A stretch of 64,000 bases of DNA from Armatimonadota bacterium (GTDB lineage Bacteria; Armatimonadota; UBA10988). The notes below the pieces were generated by a model. That model worked only from the letters and a program-made list of their open reading frames with translations. It was not told where the DNA came from and did not search any database. Location: positions 1-64,000 of the forward strand of contig JACRKZ010000073.1 of the NCBI GenBank assembly GCA_016235455.1. The letters are read 5' to 3'. The translations under genes were made by a program, and so were the position numbers. Shown here in pieces: positions 17,808-27,446 of the stretch (position 1 is the first letter of the stretch; each line of letters begins with the position of its first letter).

Positions 17808-19637
17808 TCAGTCGCCGACCGCCGACAGCGGCGTTGGCCCTTCGTCGGGCTCGAGCGAGTTGCGCACGACGCGTGTGGTGACGCCCATGTCACGGCAGGC
17901 GCGGCGGATGCGCTCCCAGGCTTCTCTTGGGTAGGTGTCGTCGATCAGCAGCACTTCGCTGACCGCCTTGCCATCGACCAGTTCGCGGATGTCGTGGCTG
18001 GTGCCCACCACCGGCACGCCCATCATGCGCAGGCCGACCGTGGACTCCTCTTCGCAGATGAGTCCGGTCGGGCGGATGCCCCACTGCCGCGTCATCAGCA
18101 GCCGTCGCAAGGCCGGCTCGGCACGATCGCTGGCGCCGACCAGCAGCACCGGACGATGGTCGGTCGCGACACTCCGCAGTCGGTCGCGCATGAGGCGCAG
18201 ACTGATGCGCGTGCCCGCGAGCAGGTTGAACTGCACCAGGGCGTTGATCAGCAGCACCGAGCGCGAGTTCATCATGCTGCGACCGGTGATGGCCAGCGCC
18301 AGCACGCAGAAGCCGGTACCCATGGCCACGGCCATGAGGAAGCGGGGCAGGTCTGGCGCACTCGTGTAGCGCCAGATGCCGCGGTACACCCCGGCGATGA
18401 AGTACGCGGACAGATGCGTCGCCAGCACCAGTGGCATGGCGCCGCCGAAGCTGGCCAGCACTTCGGGCCTGGCCAGGTCGCCCTCGAAGCGCAGCACATA
18501 GGCGATGTACAGCCCCAGGGCGATGGCCGTGGTGTCGAACAGCACTTCGCCGATGCGGCGTCGATAGCGGTGCTGCGCCAGGAGCGGGATGGGCGTCTGG
18601 TTCAACAACTCGGTGAGGCTGGCGGTCTCGTCGTAGACCCGCACGCGCAGCAGGTACCAGGCCAGCAGGCCGACGAGCAGCAGCATCGTCGGCAGCAGCA
18701 CCGAGGCCAGCCACCACTCCAGGTAGAGTACCGCCAGCGCCGAGGCGCCACCCACGGCGCTCACGGCGCACAGCAGGCGCACTGCCGCGGGCTCACTCAT
18801 GCCGATGGCCACCAGGCGGTGACTGCTGTGATCGCGGCCGCCCTGGCTGATGGGCCGGCCGAACCACTTGCGGCTGACCGTGACGAGGCCCGTATCCATC
18901 AGCGGGATGAGCATGACCAACGTCGGCAGCGCAACGATGCTCAGGACGCTCCGTTGGCCGGTGGCGCCGGGCACGAGCAGCGTGGCGCCAGCCAGGAAAT
19001 GGCCGATGAACAGGCTGCCGCAGTCGCCCATGAAGACCGATGCCGGGTAGCGGTTGTAGCGCAGGTAGCCCAGGCAGGCGCCGCCCATGGCCGCGCTGAG
19101 CGCGGCACCGACGGGGTCGCCGGTCTTGAGGCCGATGGCCGCCAGACAGAAGGAGGCGACGCAGGCGATACCGGCGCACAGCCCATCCATGTTGTCCAAC
19201 AGGTTGAAGGCGTTGCCGACGAAGACGATCCAGAAGATGGTCAGCAACTGATCAAGCAGGCGCAGCCCGTCGCCCGGCAGCCCAAAGCGCAGGCCGGACT
19301 GCACCAGGATGGTGGCGGCCACGACCTGGCTGATGAGCTTGGTGTGGGGCTTGACGCTGATGCGGTCGTCGACGGCACCGACAGCGAACATGAGCAGACT
19401 CGACCCGAGCAGAGCCAGCGCGCGATGGTCGAAACGGCCGACCAGGGCGCAGGACGCGACGGTCACGCTGGCCACGATGGAGACGCCGCCCATCAGCGCC
19501 ACCGTGCGCTTGCTCCAGCGGTCGGCCCGCGGGTAGCACACCCAGCCACGACGAAGCGCATGGCCGCGAACCATGGGTGTGAAGACCAGAGCCAGGACCA
19601 GCGCGAGCAGCCCGGTTACCAGGGGCATGTGCATCAC
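17808..19637 (-). CDS. MraY/WecA-family polyprenyl-phosphate phosphoglycosyl transferase fused to a CapD/WcaJ-type TM + CoA-binding-like module
   Basis: GAVDDR, NAFNLLDNMDGL, PASVFMGDCGS, DHSSHRL, then GVYRGIWRYTS, and VLLVGA...GVPVVG. Confidence 0.85.
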   Translation of the reverse strand: MMHMPLVTGLLALVLALVFTPMVRGHALRRGWVCYPRADRWSKRTVALMGGVSIVASVTVASCALVGRFDHRALALLGSSLLMFAVGAVDDRISVKPHTKLISQVVAATILVQSGLRFGLPGDGLRLLDQLLTIFWIVFVGNAFNLLDNMDGLCAGIACVASFCLAAIGLKTGDPVGAALSAAMGGACLGYLRYNRYPASVFMGDCGSLFIGHFLAGATLLVPGATGQRSVLSIVALPTLVMLIPLMDTGLVTVSRKWFGRPISQGGRDHSSHRLVAIGMSEPAAVRLLCAVSAVGGASALAVLYLEWWLASVLLPTMLLLVGLLAWYLLRVRVYDETASLTELLNQTPIPLLAQHRYRRRIGEVLFDTTAIALGLYIAYVLRFEGDLARPEVLASFGGAMPLVLATHLSAYFIAGVYRGIWRYTSAPDLPRFLMAVAMGTGFCVLALAITGRSMMNSRSVLLINALVQFNLLAGTRISLRLMRDRLRSVATDHRPVLLVGASDRAEPALRRLLMTRQWGIRPTGLICEEESTVGLRMMGVPVVGTSHDIRELVDGKAVSEVLLIDDTYPREAWERIRRACRDMGVTTRVVRNSLEPDEGPTPLSAVGD

Positions 19638-19655
19638 ATACCTGCCTCGCCCGCG

Positions 19656-20633
19656 CTACCGCGGTGCGTCTGGAGTCTGCCGGTAGTATGCGACCACTTT
19701 GTCAATAATGCTATCGAGATCCACGGTAGGCGTGTAACCAATGTATTGCCGGGCCTTGTCGAGGCAGGGCACGCGGCGTTGCATGTCTTCGAACCCACTA
19801 GAGAACACTTCCTCGTACGGGACGAAGCGGATACGGCTGCTGCTGCCCGTGCGCTCGATGACGCGCCGTGCCAGGTCGGCGATAGTGACTTCTTCGTCGT
19901 TGCCCAGGTTGAACACCTGGCCCATGGCGCGCGGCTCGGCCATGAGGGCCAACATGCCACCGACCACGTCGCCGACGTACCCGAAGCAGCGCGCCTGCTG
20001 GCCGTTGCCGTGGACGATGAGATCGTCGCCGGCCAGGGCCGAGCGCACGAAGTTGGGCAGGACCATGCCGTAGCGGCCGCGCTGGCGCGGCCCGACGGTG
20101 TTGAAGAAGCGGGTCACCACGACCGGCAGACCGCGCTCGGCGTGGTAGGCCAGGGCCAGGAACTCGTCCACCATCTTGGCGCAGCCGTAGGCCCAGCGGC
20201 TCTTGGTGGTCGGTCCCAGCACCGAGGCGTCATCCTCGTGGAAGGGCACGGCTTCGAGCTTGCCGTAGACCTCCGAGGTCGACGCCAGAAGGGTGCGCTT
20301 GTGGTGCTTGGCGCACAAACTGAGCACCACCTCGGTGCCGAGGATGTTGGTGGCCAGTGTCTTGACCGGCTCCTCAACGATCAGCCTGACGCCGACGGCC
20401 GCGGCCAGGTGGTAGACCTGGTCGCTGGCGCGCACTTCGCGCTCGACCGCTGCCTCATCGGTGATCTCGGTCACCACGAGGCGGAAATTCTCGTGCTCGA
20501 CATACGGCAGGACATTGCGGTACGAGCCCGTGGCCAGATTGTCCAGGACACAGACCTCGTCTCCGCGGTCAAGCAAGCTGCTGACGAGGTGTGAACCGAT
20601 GAAACCCGCACCACCGGTGATCAGGACCTTCAC
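19656..20633 (-). CDS. NAD-dependent nucleotide-sugar epimerase/dehydratase (SDR)
   Basis: GGAGFIGSH, HLAAAVGV, ASTSEVYGK, YGCAK (YxxxK), RFFNTVGPRQ. Confidence 0.92.
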   Translation of the reverse strand: MKVLITGGAGFIGSHLVSSLLDRGDEVCVLDNLATGSYRNVLPYVEHENFRLVVTEITDEAAVEREVRASDQVYHLAAAVGVRLIVEEPVKTLATNILGTEVVLSLCAKHHKRTLLASTSEVYGKLEAVPFHEDDASVLGPTTKSRWAYGCAKMVDEFLALAYHAERGLPVVVTRFFNTVGPRQRGRYGMVLPNFVRSALAGDDLIVHGNGQQARCFGYVGDVVGGMLALMAEPRAMGQVFNLGNDEEVTIADLARRVIERTGSSSRIRFVPYEEVFSSGFEDMQRRVPCLDKARQYIGYTPTVDLDSIIDKVVAYYRQTPDAPR

Positions 20634-20742
20634 TACGTTGCCCTTCCTTCTGTCGTGCCTGACCAGCCGCCAGCCCGCCGGGGCGTCGGCTGCTCAGAAC
20701 CATCTGGACCCGCTCCAAGTCTAGGCCGCATGGGCGGCGGCG

Positions 20743-22020
20743 TCAAGCCGCGCCGGGCGGCTCGGGACGTGGTTCGTCGGTCAAAGGCGGGGCCAGTTCG
20801 GTCAGTTGGGCCACGAGCCGGCGCACTCGCTCGCGCAGCGCCTGGGTGACGCGCACCACACAGCCGCGCTTGTCGGCGGCGTAGTCGTCCGCCCAGTCGC
20901 TCAGCGCCACCGGCTCGCCGACCCGCACGTGGGCGTCACGCCGCGCGTAGCAGCGCACGCGGCCCGAGATCTCGCGGTCCAGGCGACCTAGGACGTCGAG
21001 GTAGCGCTCGGCCGACGGATGGGCGGCGACGTAGCCGTCGCGCACGGCCTGGAAGCACTGCAGCCGGCACAGATCGCTCTCGAAGGCTCTCCAGGCCGGC
21101 TCGCGCTGCTGTTCGAGCGCGCGCTGGTGCGGGGTGCTGGGCGCCTTCGGTTCATAGAGGCGCTCCTCGACCACGCCGAACAGGCGCCGCAGCCGGTCCT
21201 GCAAGGTGCCGTCGGTCGGCAGTTCGACCTCGCTGGTGCGGCTCAGCTTGGCCAGGGCGTTGGTGTACCAGCGGTCGAGTCGCTCATCGAGCGACAGGTC
21301 GCCGCCGCCGGGCAGGCCCATGGACTGCTCCATGTTGGCCAACGCCGCGAGCCCCAGGCGCCGCAGGCGCTGGTAGCGGCCGAGCGAGCGGTCGACGGTC
21401 AGGCCGACCTGGTCTTCGAGCCGTGCCAGCACGGCCTCAATGGTGGCCCGCATATCGGGCTGATAGATGTACTTGACGGCCACGGGGACGAGCAGAACCT
21501 CGCCGTCCAGGTGGGCCTTGAGGCGGTCGCCGCGACCCCAGAAGGCCATCTGCGCGACGCCCTCGTGGAAGGGCAGCAGCGCGTCGTTGACGCCGTAGGT
21601 CTCGCCTTCGGGGAACATGACGATCTGCCGACCCTCGACCAACAGCCGGCGCGTGCAGGCAAACGACTCGCGGTCGGCGGTACCACGCCGCAGACTGTAG
21701 GCGCCGGCGCCTTGCAGGATCGGCCGGAGCAAGCCGGTCATGCGCAGCACCCGCCGGTCCATGACATACTGAGCGCGCAAGCCGAGCCGGTCAATCACGT
21801 CCCACACGGCGGTCGGCTCGGCCAGACTGGGGTGGTTAGGGCAGACGATGCCGGGCCGAGCGAAGGCCGCACGCAGCCGAGCGGCATCGTCGCTGGGCAG
21901 GAGCACCTTGTCGACGCGGGCCCAGTAGCGCCGCACCAAAGGCATGCCGAACGCCACCAGCCGATGGCTGATGGCGTCGTTGCGCGGCGGGTAGAACTTG
22001 GGCGCCGGTGTCTGGCTCAT
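20743..22020 (-). CDS. 1-acyl-sn-glycerol-3-phosphate acyltransferase family protein (long form)
   Basis: NHPSLAE (HX4D-like with E), GAYSLRRG, FPEG, VPVAVKY, VRVGEPV. Confidence 0.8.
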   Translation of the reverse strand: MSQTPAPKFYPPRNDAISHRLVAFGMPLVRRYWARVDKVLLPSDDAARLRAAFARPGIVCPNHPSLAEPTAVWDVIDRLGLRAQYVMDRRVLRMTGLLRPILQGAGAYSLRRGTADRESFACTRRLLVEGRQIVMFPEGETYGVNDALLPFHEGVAQMAFWGRGDRLKAHLDGEVLLVPVAVKYIYQPDMRATIEAVLARLEDQVGLTVDRSLGRYQRLRRLGLAALANMEQSMGLPGGGDLSLDERLDRWYTNALAKLSRTSEVELPTDGTLQDRLRRLFGVVEERLYEPKAPSTPHQRALEQQREPAWRAFESDLCRLQCFQAVRDGYVAAHPSAERYLDVLGRLDREISGRVRCYARRDAHVRVGEPVALSDWADDYAADKRGCVVRVTQALRERVRRLVAQLTELAPPLTDEPRPEPPGAA

Positions 22021-22086
22021 GGCTCGCTTCGCATTCTGGCACAAAGATGACATGCCTCGGGCTGACCTGCTGCTCATACTTGGCAT

Positions 22087-23100
22087 ATGACCAGCTTCGA
22101 ACTAAGCATCCGTGTGGTTGTGCAGCAGCCCTGGGAAGGCGACCTGCGCCTGACGCTGGCTGGCTGGCCCGGCCAGGTGACGTATGGCGGCCGCCCGCCG
22201 CAGGCCCGTGGTTCGGCGGCGATGCAGCCGATCCTTCTGCTCACCGACGATGCTCGCCTCGGCGGGTCCGCCGCGTGCGTGTGGCTGGGCCTCGGTGCAA
22301 CGCAGGACGAACTGGTCGCGCACCGTGCCGCTGGCGCCGACGACGTCATGCTGCTGCCGGCGCCGGCCGATGTCGTGCTCGCCCGGCTGACCGTGCTGGG
22401 CCGGCTGGCCGAGGCCCGCGCTTGTTGCCACGTGGCCGAGGATCTGCTCACGGCATTGGCGCATGATGCCCGCCTGCCGCTGTTCAGTCTGCGCGGCTAT
22501 GCCGGGCTGCTACGCGACGGTAGCCTGGGCTTGCTCGGCCCGGACCAGGCGCGGGCGGTCGACAGCATTCTGGGCGCCACGGCGCGTGTCGAGCGGCTAC
22601 TGGCCGACGGCCTCGATCTGGCCCGCAGCCACGCCGGCGCCCTTGCGCCAGCCATGGCCAAGGTCGATCTGCGCGTACCGCTGGCCGCCGCTGTGTCCAC
22701 GCTGGAGGGCCTGGCCCGAGCCGGCACCATCGCCGTCGAGACCGCTGGGCCATCCGGACCGGTGTGGGTCAAGGGCGACGAGACGCGCCTGGAGCGGGCG
22801 CTGGCCAACGTGGTCGCCAACGCCATTCAGCACTCGCCCGGCGGCGGTCGTGTGACGGTCGAGTTGAGTGCCGGCGAGGGCTGGGCGACAGTCGTGGTCA
22901 GTGATCAGGGCAAGGGTCTGGCCCTGGAAGATCGCCCCCATCTCTTCCGCCGCGGCTACCGTACTCGCAGCGGCTCACTGGTGCTGGGGCTGAGCCTGGT
23001 GCGCGAGCTGGTCGAGCTGCACGGCGGGGCCGTGGAGGCCGGCGGCGAGCCCGGCCGAGGCGCGCGTTTCGAGCTTCGGCTGCCGCTCGCGGCGGGTTGA
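22087..23100 (+). CDS. histidine kinase (degenerate receiver-like N-terminus + HisKA + HATPase)
   Basis: AGADD receiver remnant, H-box LAHDARLPL, N-box NVVANAI, DQGKG, HGGAV..GRGARF. Confidence 0.8.
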   Translation: MTSFELSIRVVVQQPWEGDLRLTLAGWPGQVTYGGRPPQARGSAAMQPILLLTDDARLGGSAACVWLGLGATQDELVAHRAAGADDVMLLPAPADVVLARLTVLGRLAEARACCHVAEDLLTALAHDARLPLFSLRGYAGLLRDGSLGLLGPDQARAVDSILGATARVERLLADGLDLARSHAGALAPAMAKVDLRVPLAAAVSTLEGLARAGTIAVETAGPSGPVWVKGDETRLERALANVVANAIQHSPGGGRVTVELSAGEGWATVVVSDQGKGLALEDRPHLFRRGYRTRSGSLVLGLSLVRELVELHGGAVEAGGEPGRGARFELRLPLAAG

Positions 23101-23125
23101 CAAGCGCGCTCTCCGCCGGTACCAT
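23097..23125 (+). promoter_or_regulatory. sigma70 promoter of rpsB-tsf: TTGACA-N17-TACCAT
   Basis: Consensus -35 overlapping the kinase stop codon, -10 at 23120-23125. Confidence 0.75.
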
Positions 23126-23149
23126 GGGACGGCTCTCGGCAGACGAGAG

Positions 23150-23270
23150 CAACTACACACCCGTGGCCCATGGCGGTCGTGGTGCCGCGCGGAGCGCCGC
23201 GCGGTGCGACCGGCAAAGCGAGACACAGGCGCCCTGGCGCGGTCCTTGGTCACGGGGAGGATGAACCGAG
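23150..23270 (+). ncRNA. rpsB 5' leader (t44/S2-autoregulatory-type RNA structure)
   Basis: ACACAC start, CCCGTGGC/GTCACGGG long-range stem, internal GGTGCCG hairpins and GGAGG-N3-AACC ending before the rpsB start, matching the layout of the rpsB leader motif. Confidence 0.65.
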
Positions 23271-23278
23271 GAGACCTC

Positions 23279-24298
23279 ATGGCTCGCGTTTCGATGAAAG
23301 ACCTGCTCGAAGCCGGTGTGCATTTCGGGCATCTCACCCGCCGCTGGAACCCCAAGATGAAGCCGTACATCTACGGGGAGCGCAACGGTATCTACATTGT
23401 TGACCTGCACCAGACGCTCAAGGGCGTGGAGTCGGCGTGCGACTTCATCGAGAGCACGGTCAAGTCGGGCGGCTCGGTGCTGTTCGTGGGCACCAAGAAG
23501 CAGGCCCAGGACGCCATGGCCCAAGCGGCTCGGCAGTGCGGCATGTTCCATGTCACCCACCGCTGGCTGGGCGGCATGATGACCAACTTCCAGACCATCC
23601 GCGAGAGCATCCATCGCCTGAAGATGCTCAAGGAGATGGAGCGGTCTGGCGCCATGGCGCGCCGACCCAAGAAGGAAGCGGCGGGCCTGCGCGAAGAGAG
23701 CGCCAAGCTCGAGCGCGTGCTCGGCGGTATCGAGGACATGCCCGGCATGCCGTCGGTGCTGTTCGTCGTCGACCTCAAGGAAGAGCACATCGCCATCAAG
23801 GAAGCGCGCAAGCTGCGCATCCCCGTGGTGGCCGTGGTCGACACCAACTGCGATCCCGAGGATGCCGACTATGTCATCCCCGGCAACGACGACGCCATCC
23901 GCGCCATCAAGCTGATTGCCCAGACCGTGGCCGAGACCGTGGTGCAGGCCTGCCTCGAGCGCGACAAGTCGCTGTCCGAAGGCGTCGTTCGCGCCAACGC
24001 GGTGGACATGGTCCGCAAGCATCGCGAGAGCATCGACCCGCGCCTGCGAGGCATCACCGAGCCTGAGTCCGAGGTCGCCGCGCCGGTGACCGAAGCGGCC
24101 GCCGAAGAGGCCGCCGTGGCGGCCATCATCGAGGCCGACGATGTCACGTTCGTGGCCGAGGAAGCGGTGGAGGAGGCCCCGGTGGTCGTGGCTGAGCCCG
24201 CGGCCGCCGTGGTGGACGCGGCGCCCGTCGTCGTCGAAGCCGCGCCCGTCGTCGCCGAGGCGGCGCCGGCCGCCGACGGCGATGCGGCCGCCGAGTGA
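23279..24298 (+). CDS. rpsB: 30S ribosomal protein S2 with long Ala/Glu/Val/Pro-rich C-terminal tail
   Basis: LLEAGVHFGH, WNPKMKPYI, LFVGTKKQA, RWLGG, DTNCDP, IPGNDDAIR. Confidence 0.98.
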   Translation: MARVSMKDLLEAGVHFGHLTRRWNPKMKPYIYGERNGIYIVDLHQTLKGVESACDFIESTVKSGGSVLFVGTKKQAQDAMAQAARQCGMFHVTHRWLGGMMTNFQTIRESIHRLKMLKEMERSGAMARRPKKEAAGLREESAKLERVLGGIEDMPGMPSVLFVVDLKEEHIAIKEARKLRIPVVAVVDTNCDPEDADYVIPGNDDAIRAIKLIAQTVAETVVQACLERDKSLSEGVVRANAVDMVRKHRESIDPRLRGITEPESEVAAPVTEAAAEEAAVAAIIEADDVTFVAEEAVEEAPVVVAEPAAAVVDAAPVVVEAAPVVAEAAPAADGDAAAE

Positions 24299-24370
24299 TT
24301 CTGACCGTGGTGTTGTTTGACTGCTGGGCCCGGCTCTGCCGGGCCGCAGCCTGCTTGTGAGGATGGAAAC

Positions 24371-25228
24371 ATGGCCATCACGGCAAAAGAGGTTCAGGCC
24401 CTGCGCGAATTGACCGGGGCTGGCATGATGGACTGCAAGCGCGCGCTGACCGAGGCGGAAGGCGACCTGCAAGCCGCCAAGGACATCCTGCGCCAGCGCG
24501 GTCAGGCCAAGGGCGCCAAGCGCGAAGGCAAGGCGACGGGCGAAGGTACCGTGGTCTACGCCGCCAAGGCCGACGGCACGCAGATTCTGCTGCTCGAACT
24601 CAACTGCGAGACGGACTTCGTGGGCAAGAGCGACGACTTCCGCGCGCTGGCCCAGAAACTGGCCGACAAGGCGCTGGCCGAGAACGTCAGCGAGGCCGAG
24701 GCGGTGGGCGGCGACGAGTGGATCGACGAGGCCGTGTCGCGCCTCGGCGAGAAGATCCGCGTCGGTCGCGTCGTCAACTGGCAGATCGAGCAGCCCGGCG
24801 TGGCCGGCGTCTACGTGCATACGGCCACCGGCCGCGTGGCCGTGGCGGTGGAGCTGGGGCTGGCCGAGCCGGTCGGTGACAAGGCCGAGGTCGCCCTGGA
24901 GATCTGTCGCGAGCTTGGCATGCAGGCCACGGCCATGAAGCCGGTCTGCCTGGACCGCGCCGCGGTGCCGGCCGAGCTGGTCGAGCACGAGCGCGAAGTG
25001 CTGCGCGGCGCCGCCGACATGGCCAAGAAGCCGCCGCAGATCCAGGACAAGATCATCGACGGCCGCATGAGCAAGTTCTACTCCGAGATCTGCCTCATGG
25101 AGCAGACCTATGCTCGTGACAACACCAAGACCATGACGCAGTACGTGGCCGATACCGCCAAGGCCGCCGGCCTGGTCGCCACCGTGCGCCGCTACGAGCG
25201 CATCGAGGTCGGTCGCGGCGAGAGCTGA
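24371..25228 (+). CDS. tsf: elongation factor Ts
   Basis: LRELTGAGMMDCKRAL, ELNCETDFV, KIIDGRM. Confidence 0.97.
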   Translation: MAITAKEVQALRELTGAGMMDCKRALTEAEGDLQAAKDILRQRGQAKGAKREGKATGEGTVVYAAKADGTQILLLELNCETDFVGKSDDFRALAQKLADKALAENVSEAEAVGGDEWIDEAVSRLGEKIRVGRVVNWQIEQPGVAGVYVHTATGRVAVAVELGLAEPVGDKAEVALEICRELGMQATAMKPVCLDRAAVPAELVEHEREVLRGAADMAKKPPQIQDKIIDGRMSKFYSEICLMEQTYARDNTKTMTQYVADTAKAAGLVATVRRYERIEVGRGES

Positions 25229-25311
25229 TCGAGTCGCACGCAACGGGGTAGGTAGGGCGCTTGCCCGGCCTGCCCCGTTTGTCTACCACGAGGTGTCTCG
25301 CGGGGAGTGCC

Positions 25312-26040
25312 ATGTCCGGGTTACGCTACAAAAGGGTTCTGCTCAAGCTCAGCGGCGAGGCCCTGATGGGCGAACAGGACTATGGCATCGACTCCGAGTT
25401 GGTGTGCAACATCGCCGGGCACCTGCGTGAGGTGACCCAGCTTGGCGTGGAAGTGGCCATCGTCGTGGGTGGCGGCAACATCTTCCGCGGCATGCAGGGC
25501 ATCAAGCTGGGTATCGACCGCGTCACCGGCGACCATATGGGCATGTTGGCGACGGTCATCAACGCTCTGGCGCTGGGTTCGGCGCTGCAGGCCGAGGGCG
25601 TCGAGGTGCGCGTGCAGACCGCCATCGAGATGCGCGAGGTGGCCGAGCCCTTCCTGGTCAAGCGTGCCCAGCGCCACCTGGAATACCAGCGCGTGGTGAT
25701 CTTCGGCGCGGGCACGGGGCACCCGTTCTTCAGCACCGACACCGCCGCCGCGCTGCGCGCCGCCGAGATCCGGGCCGAGGCGCTGCTGATGGCCAAGAAC
25801 GGCGTGGACGGTGTCTACACCGCCGACCCGCGCAGCGATGCGTCGGCCCGGCTGCTGCCTGAGCTCTCGTATGAGCAATTGCTCGAGCTCAAGGTCATGG
25901 ATGCCACGGCCACGGCGTTGGCCCGTGATGTCGACATGCCCATCCATATCTTCAACTTTGCCAGTCCCGACAACATCCGCAGAATCTGCTGCGGAGAGAC
26001 GGTTGGCAGTGTCATCAGGAGAGACCGCGATGCCGGATGA
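25312..26040 (+). CDS. pyrH: UMP kinase
   Basis: RVLLKLSGEAL, VGGGNIFRG, DHMGMLATVIN, FSTDTAAALRA, DGVYTADP. Confidence 0.98.
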   Translation: MSGLRYKRVLLKLSGEALMGEQDYGIDSELVCNIAGHLREVTQLGVEVAIVVGGGNIFRGMQGIKLGIDRVTGDHMGMLATVINALALGSALQAEGVEVRVQTAIEMREVAEPFLVKRAQRHLEYQRVVIFGAGTGHPFFSTDTAAALRAAEIRAEALLMAKNGVDGVYTADPRSDASARLLPELSYEQLLELKVMDATATALARDVDMPIHIFNFASPDNIRRICCGETVGSVIRRDRDAG

Positions 26041-26602
26041 AATCACCACGGACGATGTGCTCCTCGACGCTGAGGATCATATGGAGAAGTCGGTCAAGGC
26101 GACGGCCCACGAATTCAGCCTGGTGCGCACCGGGCGCGCCACGCCGGCGCTGGTGGAACATGTCAAGGTGGACTACCACGGAACGCCCACGCCGCTGCGC
26201 GAGCTGTCGATGGTGCGGGCGCCCGAACCGCGGCTGCTGACCATCGAGCCGTGGGAAAAGAACATCATCCGTAATATCGAGAAGGCCTTGTCGGACGCTA
26301 ATCTGGGGCTTAACCCGCAGAACGACGGCAAGCTGATCCGCATCGCCATTCCGCCGCTCAACGAGGAGCGCCGGCGCGACCTGGTCAAGGGCTGCCAGCA
26401 GGAAGCCGAGCAGGGCAAGGTGGCGCTGCGCAACGTGCGGCGCGAGGCCAACGACAAGCTGCGCAAGATGGAAAAGGCCGCGCACATCTCCGAGGACGAG
26501 CTGAAGCGGGCCGAGGACGAAGTGCAGAAGCTGACCGACAGCTACATCAAGAAGATCGAAGAGCTGTTGGCGCACAAGCGCACCGAATTGATGGAAGACT
26601 GA
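26030..26602 (+). CDS. frr: ribosome recycling factor
   Basis: RTGRA, LGLNPQNDG, PPLNEERR, LRNVRR, ISEDE. Confidence 0.98.
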   Translation: MPDEITTDDVLLDAEDHMEKSVKATAHEFSLVRTGRATPALVEHVKVDYHGTPTPLRELSMVRAPEPRLLTIEPWEKNIIRNIEKALSDANLGLNPQNDGKLIRIAIPPLNEERRRDLVKGCQQEAEQGKVALRNVRREANDKLRKMEKAAHISEDELKRAEDEVQKLTDSYIKKIEELLAHKRTELMED

Positions 26603-26609
26603 CGCGTTG

Positions 26610-27446
26610 ATGCGACGACGACGGACGCAGGCACAGCCTACCGACGGCGAACTCGGCCAGTTGGCCCGGATCGACGCCAATCGTCTGCCAACGCACATCG
26701 CCATGATCATGGACGGCAACGGGCGCTGGGCACGGCAGCGTCACATGCCCAGGACCTATGGCCATCTGCGCGGGGCCGAGGCGGTGGAGCGGGTCATCCG
26801 CTGCTGCCGGTATCTGCCCGACCGGCTGCGTGAGGCCGGACTGCTGGACGGTGAGCCGGCCAGCCGCATTCGCTACCTCACGCTGTACAGCTTCTCGAGC
26901 GAGAACTGGAGCCGTCCGCGCGAGGAGGTCAACGCGATCCTCTCGCTGATCGAGCAGAAGCTGCGCGAGAAGCTCGACGATCTGCTCAACCAGGGCGTGC
27001 GCATCCGCATGCTGGGGCGCGACCGCGAACTGCCCGAGTCGCTGCGCACCGAGTTCCAGAAAGAGATGGAGGTGACCGCCGGGTGTGATGACCTGACGGT
27101 CTACCTCGCCGTCAACTACGGTGGTCGGCAGGAGATCATCGACGCCGCGCTGCGCATGGCCGAGGCCATTCGCGGCGGCCAGTTGGCACCCGAGCAGGTG
27201 GACGAGCGGATGTTCGGCGAGTACCTCTACGCGCCGGACGTGCCGGACCCCGAACTACTGGTGCGTACCGGCGGCGAACTGCGGGTGAGCAACTTCCTGT
27301 TGTGGCAGATAGCGTACAGCGAGATGTGGGTCACGCCGACCCTGTGGCCGGCGCTGAGCGCCGAGGAGTTCTACCGGGCCTTGGCGGACTACCAATCACG
27401 GGAGCGGCGTTTTGGCGGGCTCAATGGCAATGGACAAGCGGGTTGA
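26610..27446 (+). CDS. uppS: undecaprenyl-diphosphate synthase (cis-prenyltransferase)
   Basis: HIAMIMDGNGRWA, FSSENWSRP, NYGGRQEI, RTGGELRVSNFLLWQ, RERRFGG. Confidence 0.97.
   Translation: MRRRRTQAQPTDGELGQLARIDANRLPTHIAMIMDGNGRWARQRHMPRTYGHLRGAEAVERVIRCCRYLPDRLREAGLLDGEPASRIRYLTLYSFSSENWSRPREEVNAILSLIEQKLREKLDDLLNQGVRIRMLGRDRELPESLRTEFQKEMEVTAGCDDLTVYLAVNYGGRQEIIDAALRMAEAIRGGQLAPEQVDERMFGEYLYAPDVPDPELLVRTGGELRVSNFLLWQIAYSEMWVTPTLWPALSAEEFYRALADYQSRERRFGGLNGNGQAG

Noticed and set aside
24080-24295. Repetitive GCCGAG/GTCGTC DNA as a possible repeat array
   Set aside because: It encodes the low-complexity Ala/Glu/Val/Pro tail of S2, which is common in high-GC bacteria.
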